Positions 1-8,960 of a stretch of DNA of 64,000 bases are shown here, piece after piece. The position numbers were made by a program, and so were the translations under genes. Positions within the stretch are counted from its first letter, which is position 1. Every line of letters starts with the position of its first letter. Source of the stretch: an uncultured delta proteobacterium (lineage in GTDB: Bacteria; Bdellovibrionota; FAC87; UBA2466); assembly GCA_963778115.1 (NCBI GenBank), contig CAVZSV010000004.1, forward strand, positions 736,001 to 800,000, written 5' to 3'. The notes beneath the pieces were generated by a model. That model did not search any database. It had not been told where the DNA came from and worked only from the letters and a program-made list of their open reading frames with translations.

Positions 1-159
1 CATTCCGCCGTATCCGCCGTATCCCATTCCGCCGTATCCGCCGTATCCCATTCCGCCGTATCCGCCGTATCCCATTCCGCCGTATCCGCCGTATCCCATT
101 CCGCCGTATCCGCCGTATCCCATTCCGCCGTATCCGCCGTAACCCATTCCGCCGTATCC
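1..159. repeat. 24-bp tandem repeat CATTCCGCCGTATCCGCCGTATCC encoding GYGGYGGM on the minus strand
   Basis: Five perfect copies (1-120), one copy with one mismatch (121-144) and a partial copy. Confidence 0.97.
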
Positions 160-615
160 TATGCTACCGTATCCACCACCGTAACCGGCATAGCCACCGG
201 CGTATCCGCCGTAGCCGTAACTGGGATACCCGTAACCATATCCGCCATAGCCACCGTATCCATAACTGGGATAACCGTATCCATAGCTGCTGTAGCCGCC
301 GTAACCCAGACCGTAACCGGCATAGCCACCGGCGTATCCGCCGTAACCATAACTGGGATACCCGTAACCATATCCGCCATATCCGCCATATCCGCCGTAG
401 CCGTATCCGCCACCAAATCCGATCCCGATCGAAAAATATTTATCATTTACTGATGCTGAAGTGGTGGAGGAGTTGGTTGTCGTGGAAGCGACTGCCAAAG
501 GGTGTGAGTAAGAGGGGTTCGCGACACCGGTATCTACCGCTGCATGCTCCGCATGGACCACAGAAGACAGAGCAAAACCTAATATGAAAAAACGGGTAAC
601 CAATCCGCGATTCAT
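1..615 (-). CDS. Secreted Gly/Tyr-rich repeat protein (3' end runs off the window)
   Basis: Translated by hand; not in the ORF track. ATG at 615 after an AAGAGG SD. MNRGLVTRFFILGFALSSVVHA signal peptide, Ser/Thr linker, then FSIGIGFGGGYGYGGY... open to base 1 (205 codons). Confidence 0.85.
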   Translation of the reverse strand, partial: MNRGLVTRFFILGFALSSVVHAEHAAVDTGVANPSYSHPLAVASTTTNSSTTSASVNDKYFSIGIGFGGGYGYGGYGGYGGYGYGYPSYGYGGYAGGYAGYGLGYGGYSSYGYGYPSYGYGGYGGYGYGYPSYGYGGYAGGYAGYGGGYGSIGYGGMGYGGYGGMGYGGYGGMGYGGYGGMGYGGYGGMGYGGYGGMGYGGYGGM

Positions 616-793
616 GAGAACCTCTTAAAGCAGTCCGGTGTTCATTAACCGGACGTGTGCAAAGTGTGCACTCCCTGAGCCATGGTATTCCAGGCTCCGA
701 GCTTCTCAATCGGCTCAAAAACGGTAGGTGATTTGTTATACCCCGGTGACAAAGATCGACATAAAAAACGTAGACTCGTCGTGTACGGGGAAT

Positions 794-890
794 GCTCATG
801 CTAATGTGAGAGTTCATGTTCACTTCAAAGCTCACGCTAACGAAACTGACCATGAACATGAACGTAATACTTGGACTTGAGCGTGAGCCT
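794..890. repeat. Intergenic imperfect palindromic element (REP/MITE-like), copy A
   Basis: GCTCATGCTAATGT..GTTCATGTTCAC..TGAACATGAACGTA..TGAGCGTGAGCCT; matches the element at 17467-17553. Confidence 0.7.
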
Positions 891-937
891 ATGCGTTTTC
901 TCTCCTCGCCGTTACTGCCTCCTGCTACCCTATATAA

Positions 938-1630
938 ATGCGCCTTTTTACTTTTGCCTTACTCGCTGTAACTAGTCTCCGGGCCATGGCCCAACCCATC
1001 ACCACCAACAACATTCAGTTCGTGAATCCGCCCTCTTGGTTGACCGAGACCATGATCACAGACAGTGTTTCAAAAATTCAGAATTATTTGGAATGGGATC
1101 TCATCCGAATCCGCGCTTTCTATCATTCCGACCCCAAAGAGTATCAAGCGGAAACGGAGCTACGCTTTACGACTAACGCTTTTTTCCGCCGGGCCGATCA
1201 GAGCATTCACTTAAGTCCTAAAGTAAACTCCAAAAACTTCAATCAAGTTTTTGGACACGAGTTAGTTCACGCCATTTTCTTTCAAAAATACAAATCGGCG
1301 ATTCCAAGCTGGTTGGAAGAAGGATTCGCAAATTTCATCGGAACCCATTCTAAGCCCGATTACGCCTGGCTGAGCAAGCAACCTGCGGTCGATGTGACGA
1401 CTCTTACCCATCCACAGACAGACCTCTCTGGCTCTAGGTTTCATTACGAGGCTTCCACAGCCCTGATAGAAATGATAGCCAGCCGTTGTTCTTTAAAAGA
1501 TCTCTTGCAGCTTTCCGTCGGAAGTCGTCTTCAGAATTACTTGAAAACCTATTGTGAAATCTCAGATATCAATCTCTCCTATCGTCGGTGGATTGCCCTA
1601 AAGTCGCGCAAAATGGCGATTTTAAAGTAA
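938..1630 (+). CDS. Secreted gluzincin-like (peptidase MA family) metalloprotease
   Basis: Signal peptide; HELVH zinc motif followed by PSWLEEGFA. Confidence 0.75.
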   Translation: MRLFTFALLAVTSLRAMAQPITTNNIQFVNPPSWLTETMITDSVSKIQNYLEWDLIRIRAFYHSDPKEYQAETELRFTTNAFFRRADQSIHLSPKVNSKNFNQVFGHELVHAIFFQKYKSAIPSWLEEGFANFIGTHSKPDYAWLSKQPAVDVTTLTHPQTDLSGSRFHYEASTALIEMIASRCSLKDLLQLSVGSRLQNYLKTYCEISDINLSYRRWIALKSRKMAILK

Positions 1631-1730
1631 GTATCGCATACCTTAGCTTCTCGATCGTCTATTTAAGTTGAGTTAAAATTAACCTATATCATCCCTTCTA
1701 TGATTTTCTCATTGCCCACGAAGGAGACGC

Positions 1731-2507
1731 ATGCTGCTCCGCGCCATTAAAAAGCAATTCTTCCATACCTTCCGAAAATACCCTTTTACGAGGTGGTTAT
1801 TTCAACTCAATCACTACGTTTCCGACGTGAAAGTTATTTATGGTCTTCCCCGAGAGAAGGCGACCGTTCTGGTCATGTGTAGTTCTCCCGAAGGAGAGAC
1901 GATTGGTTGTGGCGGAACGATTGGCCTGTATGCTCAAGGTGGGCATGCGGTTGATGTCCTCTATTTCGATCAAGACGCGCACAGCGAAACTCAAAAAGCG
2001 TCTTCCATTTTGGGAGTTCGTCAGACGTCTCACTTCAAAACCGATCCATCCCATCCTCAGGGATTATCGCAACAGATCGTGAAGCTGTTTTCTGAAACCC
2101 ATTACGATTCGATCTTTTGTCCCTGGCCATGGCCTGGAATACCGGGTGAAGGGTTAAATCTTTTTCAGGTATTGCAACAAGCCCTGAAAGAGACTTCGCT
2201 GCATCCTGAAATCTGGCTTTATGAAATCTGGAACCAGCTCCCAGCAAATAGACTTATTCCCATCGATGGAAGTGTCCTATTGAAACAAAAAGCGATCAAA
2301 GCCATCACTAAGTTGTTAAGAACCAAACACCCGGACAAGAAGGCCCTCTCCGTTAGCAAACGGCGAAGCTTTTTGTGCAAGGAATCGGATTTTGCGGAAG
2401 CATTTTTCTTCTGTAATAAAGAACAGGCACTTACCTTGTCCCAACCGCCCACCAGCGAAACCTTCTCCCCCGTGAAACCCAAAGTGCAAATGATGGCGAC
2501 CGACTAA
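1731..2507 (+). CDS. PIG-L/LmbE family deacetylase homolog with degenerate active site
   Basis: VLVMCSSPEGETIGCGGTI aligns with the HPDDExxGCGGT motif; LYEIW and FAEAF C-terminal motifs present; metal-binding His/Asp residues missing. Confidence 0.7.
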   Translation: MLLRAIKKQFFHTFRKYPFTRWLFQLNHYVSDVKVIYGLPREKATVLVMCSSPEGETIGCGGTIGLYAQGGHAVDVLYFDQDAHSETQKASSILGVRQTSHFKTDPSHPQGLSQQIVKLFSETHYDSIFCPWPWPGIPGEGLNLFQVLQQALKETSLHPEIWLYEIWNQLPANRLIPIDGSVLLKQKAIKAITKLLRTKHPDKKALSVSKRRSFLCKESDFAEAFFFCNKEQALTLSQPPTSETFSPVKPKVQMMATD

Positions 2508-2514
2508 GGGTTAG

Positions 2515-3531
2515 TTAAGAAGCCTCCCCCCAAACGCGACTCTTTCTGATAACTTCCCGGACACATGGATTCTGTAAGGCTCCCGAAGCATTCGCATTCA
2601 CGGCACGGCAGGCGTCACGAAGCGCTTTTTCTTGATTCAGGCGGCGAAACCAGATTGTGGAGGCGTGCTTTCCGTCTCCGGTTTCGATCGCAACACCATA
2701 AGGTTGTCTTCGCAAGACTTCCCGACGGATATCTTGAGCCATCCACGGATCTCCACTAAATGCCGTCCCTCGCTCTCCCGAAGTAATAATATTCGCGACT
2801 CTAGGGAAGGTGAATAAACTCATTCCCATGGAGAGCGCGTTGAGACTTTCGCTCGCTCCGCATACTAACGCCACGACGTCCCTATCATTATCAAAGGGAT
2901 CTTCGAAGCAATCGCGAACGCTCTCAGCGTATGCTAAGCCCCGACTACGGCTTAAATAGGCTAGCAAGGTATTCCTATCGGTAATTCCCGCGTCGGTAAG
3001 ACCGCTCAAACCAGCCCGGTCGCGAAGGGCAACCAAATAGTCACCCAAGGTAAGTTGATAATTTATCAGCCAAGCTAACTGTTCCAAGACCGAGTGGCGG
3101 TGAGAAAAATCAACCCTCCCCCTTTTATGGTGATCCAATTCGACCACTTCGATACCCAATTCATCGAAAGTCTTCATCATGAATTGCGGAAGGCCGTGGA
3201 CCTCCGCCAGTACCACCCGCTTAATACTTTTACGAATGACTTCATTAGCGATTTGATGGGCCGCTTCATCCGATACTTGAATCGTTCCATGAGGAGTTTC
3301 TAGATTGAACCCTTCGATCGAAACTCTCTGACTGGAATTCTTAATGAGCCGAGCGATGGCAATCCCTTCCAGGTCGTTTAACGAATATACGACCAATGTC
3401 TTTGGCATCGAGGGGTTCAGATACCGCTGCACGCCCGGACGATTCCTGTTTCCGAGCACTTGAGGCTCGATATCCGCCACCAAACGAAGGGAGGGATCCA
3501 AGTTACGGCTCGCGTGCAGCAATTTTTCCAA
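2515..3531 (-). CDS. DHH-family phosphoesterase, NrN-like; probably the C-terminal half of a frameshifted fusion with 3417-4622
   Basis: Motifs NDLE-x-x-x-I, VLAEV, ELDHH, SVLEQL and LVALRDRAG. The frame is open upstream to about 3585 and overlaps the upstream ORF. Confidence 0.6.
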   Translation of the reverse strand: MEKLLHASRNLDPSLRLVADIEPQVLGNRNRPGVQRYLNPSMPKTLVVYSLNDLEGIAIARLIKNSSQRVSIEGFNLETPHGTIQVSDEAAHQIANEVIRKSIKRVVLAEVHGLPQFMMKTFDELGIEVVELDHHKRGRVDFSHRHSVLEQLAWLINYQLTLGDYLVALRDRAGLSGLTDAGITDRNTLLAYLSRSRGLAYAESVRDCFEDPFDNDRDVVALVCGASESLNALSMGMSLFTFPRVANIITSGERGTAFSGDPWMAQDIRREVLRRQPYGVAIETGDGKHASTIWFRRLNQEKALRDACRAVNANASGALQNPCVREVIRKSRVWGEAS

Positions 3532-4622
3532 GACATCTTCTCGGGGAACTCTGTTTCCCAGAAAGCGAGGAGATTTCGCTTTTCTCTAAGGGTTGCGCGA
3601 AAATAAAGATCCACCAGATCCTTTGTCTCGCGCGCGTCTATCGCTTTTGCGACTGAGGGGACGGGAATATTGATATCGATCTTCAGTTTCCTCGGCAAGA
3701 TGAGCGGCCTAGCCCATCGGGCGAGTACTTTAAGATCAACCTCCCTAAAAGGTCCTCCAATACGTTCTCTAAGATATCTTTCGACCACGCCGCGAATTTT
3801 AGGAATATTTCCTAGAACGAGCGCTTTGTTGCTCATTGAATTCTTTCGGTCCGCTTCGGAGAGAACACGAAATGCGGGGTCGAAAACATCAGAAAAACTT
3901 TCCCACGTAATCCCCTCAAGCCGATTCAAGAAAGCCGAAATCCGTATCGTAAAATCCCAAGCATCGGCGCTATCCATAGCTTGGAGTTGTTGGTACGGAA
4001 AGGAAACCATCATCTTCTTAAAAACTTGGTAGCGATCGGAATTTAAGAGGTCCTCAAAAAGAGAGAAAACCCGATAATGAATCATCTCTCCGGCAAAATT
4101 CAGTTCCTGATGAGAACTTGCCCCCAAAGCAAAATGGGCAATCATGATCTTCATGAAGTTATATAGCCTTTGCGCGACGAGTGGATGATCCATTTGAACT
4201 TTTTCAAATAGGAAAGGCTCAATCAGCGCTGGGTACCATCCCTCGTTCTGCACATTCCAAGCAACCACTTCCCTTGGAAAAATACGCATGGCAACTTCTT
4301 GACTGGGGATCCCGTTATATTTTCGTCGAACTAAAATGGGACGGCGGGCAACATGCGCAATCCCTAAGGCTTCGTGAAACTCGTGAAGTGCCGCTTCTAG
4401 AACTATCTTGGCATTACTCCCTAAGGTGAGCACACCGAAGCGATCGGCGGGTTCTTTTACCAAATACCTTTCGAATTGGAGGGAACCGGTCACTTGCGCC
4501 GGAATCTCTCTTATAACCTGGAAATCCCGGTATTCTAGATATTGGTATAGATCATCGGCTCCATGGCCGTCCCCGGAACCCAGACAGGTCCCCAAAAATA
4601 TGAAAAAATACCAATAACGCAT
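3417..4622 (-). CDS. Secreted protein with a degenerate HipA/PI3-4-kinase-like region; probable N-terminal half of the fusion
   Basis: Signal-peptide-like start MRYWYFFIFLGTCLG; YLVKE...EAALHEFHEALGI...AHFALGASSHQELNF. The last ~45 aa look out of frame. Confidence 0.5.
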   Translation of the reverse strand: MRYWYFFIFLGTCLGSGDGHGADDLYQYLEYRDFQVIREIPAQVTGSLQFERYLVKEPADRFGVLTLGSNAKIVLEAALHEFHEALGIAHVARRPILVRRKYNGIPSQEVAMRIFPREVVAWNVQNEGWYPALIEPFLFEKVQMDHPLVAQRLYNFMKIMIAHFALGASSHQELNFAGEMIHYRVFSLFEDLLNSDRYQVFKKMMVSFPYQQLQAMDSADAWDFTIRISAFLNRLEGITWESFSDVFDPAFRVLSEADRKNSMSNKALVLGNIPKIRGVVERYLRERIGGPFREVDLKVLARWARPLILPRKLKIDINIPVPSVAKAIDARETKDLVDLYFRATLREKRNLLAFWETEFPEKMSWKNCCTRAVTWIPPFVWWRISSLKCSETGIVRACSGI

Positions 4623-4716
4623 TGAGCTATTATTCCCACGGACTAGATACCATAATCCACGCGATCAAGGAAAGTGATTGAAAGCCTGCCTGCGATGTGG
4701 AAAATGCAAAAACGCT

Positions 4717-5319
4717 ATGGAAACACTAACTTTAGATGGCCTGGATAAGGAACCTAAAATTGCCGGAATGGGAGACCGAGTGCTGGCCTTCTTACTCGAT
4801 GGAGCTATCCTTTTTTTCCCGTGCCTGGCGGTTCACTTTTCGATCCCGTTTGTAGCCCCTCTGATTCTGAAGTTCTTGTACTACCCCGTCTTTCATGCGT
4901 CTGCGCTCCAAGCCACCATCGGAAAGAAAGTGATGGGTATCAGAGTCGCCGACGCCAACGGAAAAGCCATTAGTCTGCCTAACGCTTTCATTCGTGAGTT
5001 AGTAGCGACGGCTTCCACATGCTGTTTTTTTGCCGGCCATTTTGTGGCGTTTTTTACCGCCAAACACCAAGCCGTGCATGACCTGGCGGTGGGTTCCTTC
5101 GTAACAGAAGCTCCGGCCACGGAAATCTCATTATGGGAAGCATGGACAAGTACGGTGCGCCGAATGTTTTATTCGGTGTCGGAGTCAGCGACTTCTACCT
5201 TTCAAAGCCAACCTTCGGTAGGACGGCAAATCACCGAGCTCGAAAGGCTCAATGACCTGCGAAAACAAGGGGTCATCTCCGAAGAAGAGTTTCAGCGACT
5301 CAAATCGAAACTCGTTTAA
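4717..5319 (+). CDS. RDD family membrane protein with C-terminal SHOCT domain
   Basis: DRVLAFLLD, QATIGKKVMGIRV, QAVHDLAVGSFV; C-terminal LERLNDLRKQGVISEEEFQRLK. Confidence 0.88.
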   Translation: METLTLDGLDKEPKIAGMGDRVLAFLLDGAILFFPCLAVHFSIPFVAPLILKFLYYPVFHASALQATIGKKVMGIRVADANGKAISLPNAFIRELVATASTCCFFAGHFVAFFTAKHQAVHDLAVGSFVTEAPATEISLWEAWTSTVRRMFYSVSESATSTFQSQPSVGRQITELERLNDLRKQGVISEEEFQRLKSKLV

Positions 5320-5326
5320 GACAAGT

Positions 5327-5938
5327 CTAAGGATGAATGTCGCGGTAAAAGGCTTCCACTCCCGCAATACAGCGAGAGGTCGGATCGAGTTCGTTTCGAC
5401 ACTCGCATGAGAGATTCTGCAGTTCATTGAATTCGTAAGCGGTGGACTGCTTTTCCAACATTTCATACATCTGAGTTCGCGCGTCGTAGAGAGCCTCATT
5501 ACATTCAAGTCCACTACCCGCGATCGCAAAAGTAGGAGACTCGTTTAGGCTGGGGCCATGAATCGATCCGCTTAGTGTCTTATTAAGGTCGATAGAGACC
5601 GATAGTTCCTGAACATAGGAGCCTAAGCAGGAATACTTTCTTTCTCCTTCAAAGATTCCGCACTCACAAGTTCCCGGTACCACCTCGGCCGGCGTTACTA
5701 ATGTCCCTGTCAGCGGAATAGTGTTCGACCATTGATAAAAAGTATTTAGTGCATCGGATTTCGCCTCGGCACAGCTGGATCCACTGCCTTCGATAGCGTG
5801 GAAATAAAGCCGCGTGTAGTACGACGTCATGACTGTAGGTGTGGGAATAGGCGGGAGTGTCGTCCCGAAAGCCGAAAAAGTGGCCGAAATAGCCATCACG
5901 GAAAAGAAAACGGTTCTGAATTTAGTACTAGCTGGCAT
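5327..5938 (-). CDS. Secreted Cys-rich protein with two internal repeats
   Basis: Signal peptide ending SAFG; two GSGxxCxEAxxDA...CEC...C modules; GGGGG SD before ATG 5938. Confidence 0.7.
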   Translation of the reverse strand: MPASTKFRTVFFSVMAISATFSAFGTTLPPIPTPTVMTSYYTRLYFHAIEGSGSSCAEAKSDALNTFYQWSNTIPLTGTLVTPAEVVPGTCECGIFEGERKYSCLGSYVQELSVSIDLNKTLSGSIHGPSLNESPTFAIAGSGLECNEALYDARTQMYEMLEKQSTAYEFNELQNLSCECRNELDPTSRCIAGVEAFYRDIHP

Positions 5939-6314
5939 GAATCCCCCAAAAAAAAACAGAAAGTCGAACAACCTCTGTGCCACGAAACTAAATCAATTCT
6001 ATGATTAGCGCATGGCGGTCCGCATAAAGGAGCCGGCCCATCGACGAAACCAATCCTTCCCAAACGGACACGATGCGGTTTGGGAGCAACACCGTGAAAA
6101 TTTTGCCTGAGTTTCGGTTCTATATAGACAATGGTTATTAAAGATCGGGTAGTTAGCTGATCCAATTCATAAATTTTGCTTTGCTTATTTTTATACCAGT
6201 GTTAAATTTATCGAAATTTCAACGGGTTAGCCTTACCATTTGAAATTGGATTTATTTCATTGCAAAAAAAGGTAGTTCAGAATACTTGGAGTTACGCAAA
6301 GGAGGACATTCTCT

Positions 6315-6899
6315 ATGAAGATGTCGATGAAGAAACTGTTGTTTGTAAGTGTTATTGGTTTTTGGTCCCTCTCGGCTTCCGCGAATAATCAATTGGGAGT
6401 TGAAGGTGGTGTAAACTTGTCGAACATTAGCACTGGCCCTACGTCGTCAACCACGTCGAGTTTGACGAAGTTGGATATTGCTGCGTTCTACGATTGGAAA
6501 CTAATGGATTGGTTGTACTTCGCCCCCGGTATTGGATACCAGGGTCGTGGAGCATCAGCGTCGGGCGTCACCGCCTCCGCTGATTGGATCGAGGTTCCTC
6601 TTCTCGCCAAGGCGAAATTCGCCACGGGAAGCATTGTGACCCCCATCATTCTTACGGGCCTTGTTCCGGCCTTCAAGATTGGTGAGAACACCAGTCCCTC
6701 ATTCTACAGCTCGTTTGACTTGGGCTTCACGTTCGGCGGTGGTGCTGAATTCGAAGTTTCTCCCGGAGTCACGGTAGGAGCCACCGTTCGTTATACGTTG
6801 GGCCTACTCAATACGCTTAACTCCGCCTATACGGGTAGTGGTAGCAGCGTAAAGAACAACGGATTGCAGATCTTGGCCTCTTTAGGCTTCGCAATGTAA
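6315..6899 (+). CDS. Outer-membrane beta-barrel protein (porin/PorT-like)
   Basis: AGGAGG SD; signal peptide; GVEGGVNLS, IEVPLLAK, DLGFTFGGG, RYTLGL; C-terminal SLGFAM beta-signal. Confidence 0.85.
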   Translation: MKMSMKKLLFVSVIGFWSLSASANNQLGVEGGVNLSNISTGPTSSTTSSLTKLDIAAFYDWKLMDWLYFAPGIGYQGRGASASGVTASADWIEVPLLAKAKFATGSIVTPIILTGLVPAFKIGENTSPSFYSSFDLGFTFGGGAEFEVSPGVTVGATVRYTLGLLNTLNSAYTGSGSSVKNNGLQILASLGFAM

Positions 6900-6918
6900 T
6901 CTTTCGAGTTAAAGATTT

Positions 6919-6953
6919 AAGCCCTGGACCCGCTGGGTCCGGGGCTTTTTTTT
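6919..6953 (+). terminator. Rho-independent terminator
   Basis: AAGCCCTGGACCC-GCT-GGGTCCGGGGCTT stem followed by a T tract, directly after the porin gene. Confidence 0.9.
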
Positions 6954-6955
6954 GC

Positions 6956-7020
6956 CTAAAGGTATCCGTTACTTCCATATGGACCGGAAGTAACGGATAC
7001 CTTTAGTTGGATACCTTTAG
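6956..7020. repeat. Perfect 21-bp inverted repeat (REP-like) plus a partial third arm
   Basis: CTAAAGGTATCCGTTACTTCC (6956-6976), 9-nt loop, GGAAGTAACGGATACCTTTAG (6986-7006); GGATACCTTTAG repeated at 7009-7020. Confidence 0.85.
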
Positions 7021-7021
7021 T

Positions 7022-7636
7022 TTAGTTCCGCCGAAACCAGCCGGTAAAGCTATATCGCCAACAAGTAGGGGCTAGGACCTCATGAGGGACTCGATCGCTT
7101 AGAAATAAGACCAACCGCCCGGGCTCTGGGAAAATCTCTTTCGTTAGCTTTCCGGAGTTATCAAAAAGATTCAGCTGGCCTCCCCAGGAATCGAGCCAGG
7201 ACTCATTCAAATACAAAACCACCGAAACGGTCCTTGAATCATCGTCGCGAAATCGATCCCAATGTTTTTCGTAGAAGGCGCCCGCGGGATAAAGGGCAAA
7301 ATGGCCTTCGAATTGCGTAAGTCCCAAAAAAAGCCGTTCATTTAAATAACGGCGAAGACTTTCAAAATAGGAAAGCAAATCTTTTTGAACCGCAGAGGAC
7401 TTATCCGCTTCCAGCCAAAATGTTTGATCGCCACGGACGTCTGGAATTCGCTGTCTATTCTCCGCTCTTCCCACAAAGGCTGGCCTAAGTTCCCCCTCGG
7501 ATTTCAACCGAACGATTTCATTTCGAAAACAAGTCGTCTGATCTAAGGAAAGAAAGGAGTTTAGAACCGCCCAATCTTGCGCGACTAAAGTGTCCGCTAG
7601 ATTTCTACCGTCTTCACATACATACATGAAAGCCAC
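7022..7636 (-). CDS. 2OG-Fe(II) oxygenase (prolyl-hydroxylase-like)
   Basis: VRGDQTFW, YEKHWD, VLYLN..GGQL, HEV..RYSFTGWF. Confidence 0.9.
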   Translation of the reverse strand: MAFMYVCEDGRNLADTLVAQDWAVLNSFLSLDQTTCFRNEIVRLKSEGELRPAFVGRAENRQRIPDVRGDQTFWLEADKSSAVQKDLLSYFESLRRYLNERLFLGLTQFEGHFALYPAGAFYEKHWDRFRDDDSRTVSVVLYLNESWLDSWGGQLNLFDNSGKLTKEIFPEPGRLVLFLSDRVPHEVLAPTCWRYSFTGWFRRN

Positions 7637-7648
7637 TTATAAGAGCTC

Positions 7649-8911
7649 TTACCGTTCGTCGGCTACTGTTTCTAGCTCTAATTTCCAAAGCTCCTCCAAA
7701 CGCTCTCTTCTACGAATGACGGTAAATTTAGCCCCATCAACCAGAACTTCTGGAGCTCGTGGCCGAGTGTTGTAGTTGGATGCCATGGAGGATCCGTAAG
7801 CACCGCTTTCGCGAATCACCACTAACTCTCCAGGTTTCAAAGGAGGAAGCTTTCTGTCGGATCCCAAACAATCTCCCGTTTCACAAATTGGGCCTACGAC
7901 ATCGTAAAGGCTGTCCGTGGGAACGGACTGCTTAGCTGGTTCAATGGCATGGAAAGCGCTATAAAGGCTCGGACGAATGAGATCGTTCATCGCCGCATCG
8001 ATAACTAAGAATTGCTTCTTAGGGGTTGTTTTGTTTCCAATGACTTTGCTTAAGAGCACTCCCGATGTCGCAACTACCGATCTCCCCGGCTCAATGAGCA
8101 ATTTAAGACCTGTCTTTCGAACCGGAGCGATGATGGCCGAAGCGTAATCTTCGGCAGACACCGGAGTTTCGTCGTCATAACGAATTCCTAGTCCGCCTCC
8201 CATATCGATCATTTGAAGCACATGGCCTTGGTTCATCATTTCGTTCGTAAGAGCTACGATTTGTCCCGCCGCTTCAGCAAAGGGAGTGGCTTCGAGAATC
8301 TGGCTTCCGATATGGCAAGAGAGTCCTCGCAATTTCACAAAAGGATCATTCTTTAAAGTACGAGCTAGTTCCAAAGCCTCTTTCTCAAAAATTCCAAACT
8401 TATTCTCGTAAAGGCCGGTAGCAATATGGGGATGGGTCTTGACATCAATATTGGGATTGATGCGAAACATGACGGCGGCTTGCTTATTTTTTCTCGCGGC
8501 TATAGAGCGGATCCGCTCCAACTCTTCAGAAGACTCCACATTAAAAGAAAGTATCTGAACATCTAAAGCGCGTTCAATCTCTTCATCCTTTTTGCCAACG
8601 CCTGAAAAGACAATCTGCTCAGGCTTTGCTCCTGCAAGCAAAGCTCTTTCTAACTCTCCTACGGAAACCACATCGGCGCCAAATCCTTGCGCAAAGATAG
8701 TCTTAAGAAGGGTCAGATTAGAGTTCGATTTTACGGCAAAGCATGCGGTAGTCGGATAGCGGCTAAAAGCCCCTTTAATGCGGTGGCAGTTTTCCTCAAG
8801 TACCGCCTGAGAATAGACGTAAGCCGGTGTTCCTACCTTTTCTGCAATCCGAGAAAGAGGAACACTTTCGCAATACATTTCACCTTGTTGAATCCAGAAG
8901 GTTTGGCGCAT
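7649..8911 (-). CDS. lysA: Diaminopimelate decarboxylase
   Basis: GTPAYVYS, FAVKSNSN (PLP Lys), HIGSQI, EPGRS, GPICETGD, GAYGSSMASNYN. Confidence 0.97.
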   Translation of the reverse strand: MRQTFWIQQGEMYCESVPLSRIAEKVGTPAYVYSQAVLEENCHRIKGAFSRYPTTACFAVKSNSNLTLLKTIFAQGFGADVVSVGELERALLAGAKPEQIVFSGVGKKDEEIERALDVQILSFNVESSEELERIRSIAARKNKQAAVMFRINPNIDVKTHPHIATGLYENKFGIFEKEALELARTLKNDPFVKLRGLSCHIGSQILEATPFAEAAGQIVALTNEMMNQGHVLQMIDMGGGLGIRYDDETPVSAEDYASAIIAPVRKTGLKLLIEPGRSVVATSGVLLSKVIGNKTTPKKQFLVIDAAMNDLIRPSLYSAFHAIEPAKQSVPTDSLYDVVGPICETGDCLGSDRKLPPLKPGELVVIRESGAYGSSMASNYNTRPRAPEVLVDGAKFTVIRRRERLEELWKLELETVADER

Positions 8912-8960
8912 ACCACCTCGCATTGTGCGGGAATGGGACTATTCCCCATTTTTGGTCCCG

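Noticed and set aside
1..159. Possible CRISPR array
   Set aside because: Units are directly adjacent with no unique spacers and encode an in-frame peptide repeat.
159..859. Track ORFs 159-446 and 443-859
   Set aside because: Shadow frames of the Gly/Tyr gene and the palindromic element. The frame starting at 615 has the SD and the signal peptide.
2515..3531. Type III CRISPR-CorA locus
   Set aside because: No cas genes, corA or array anywhere in the window.
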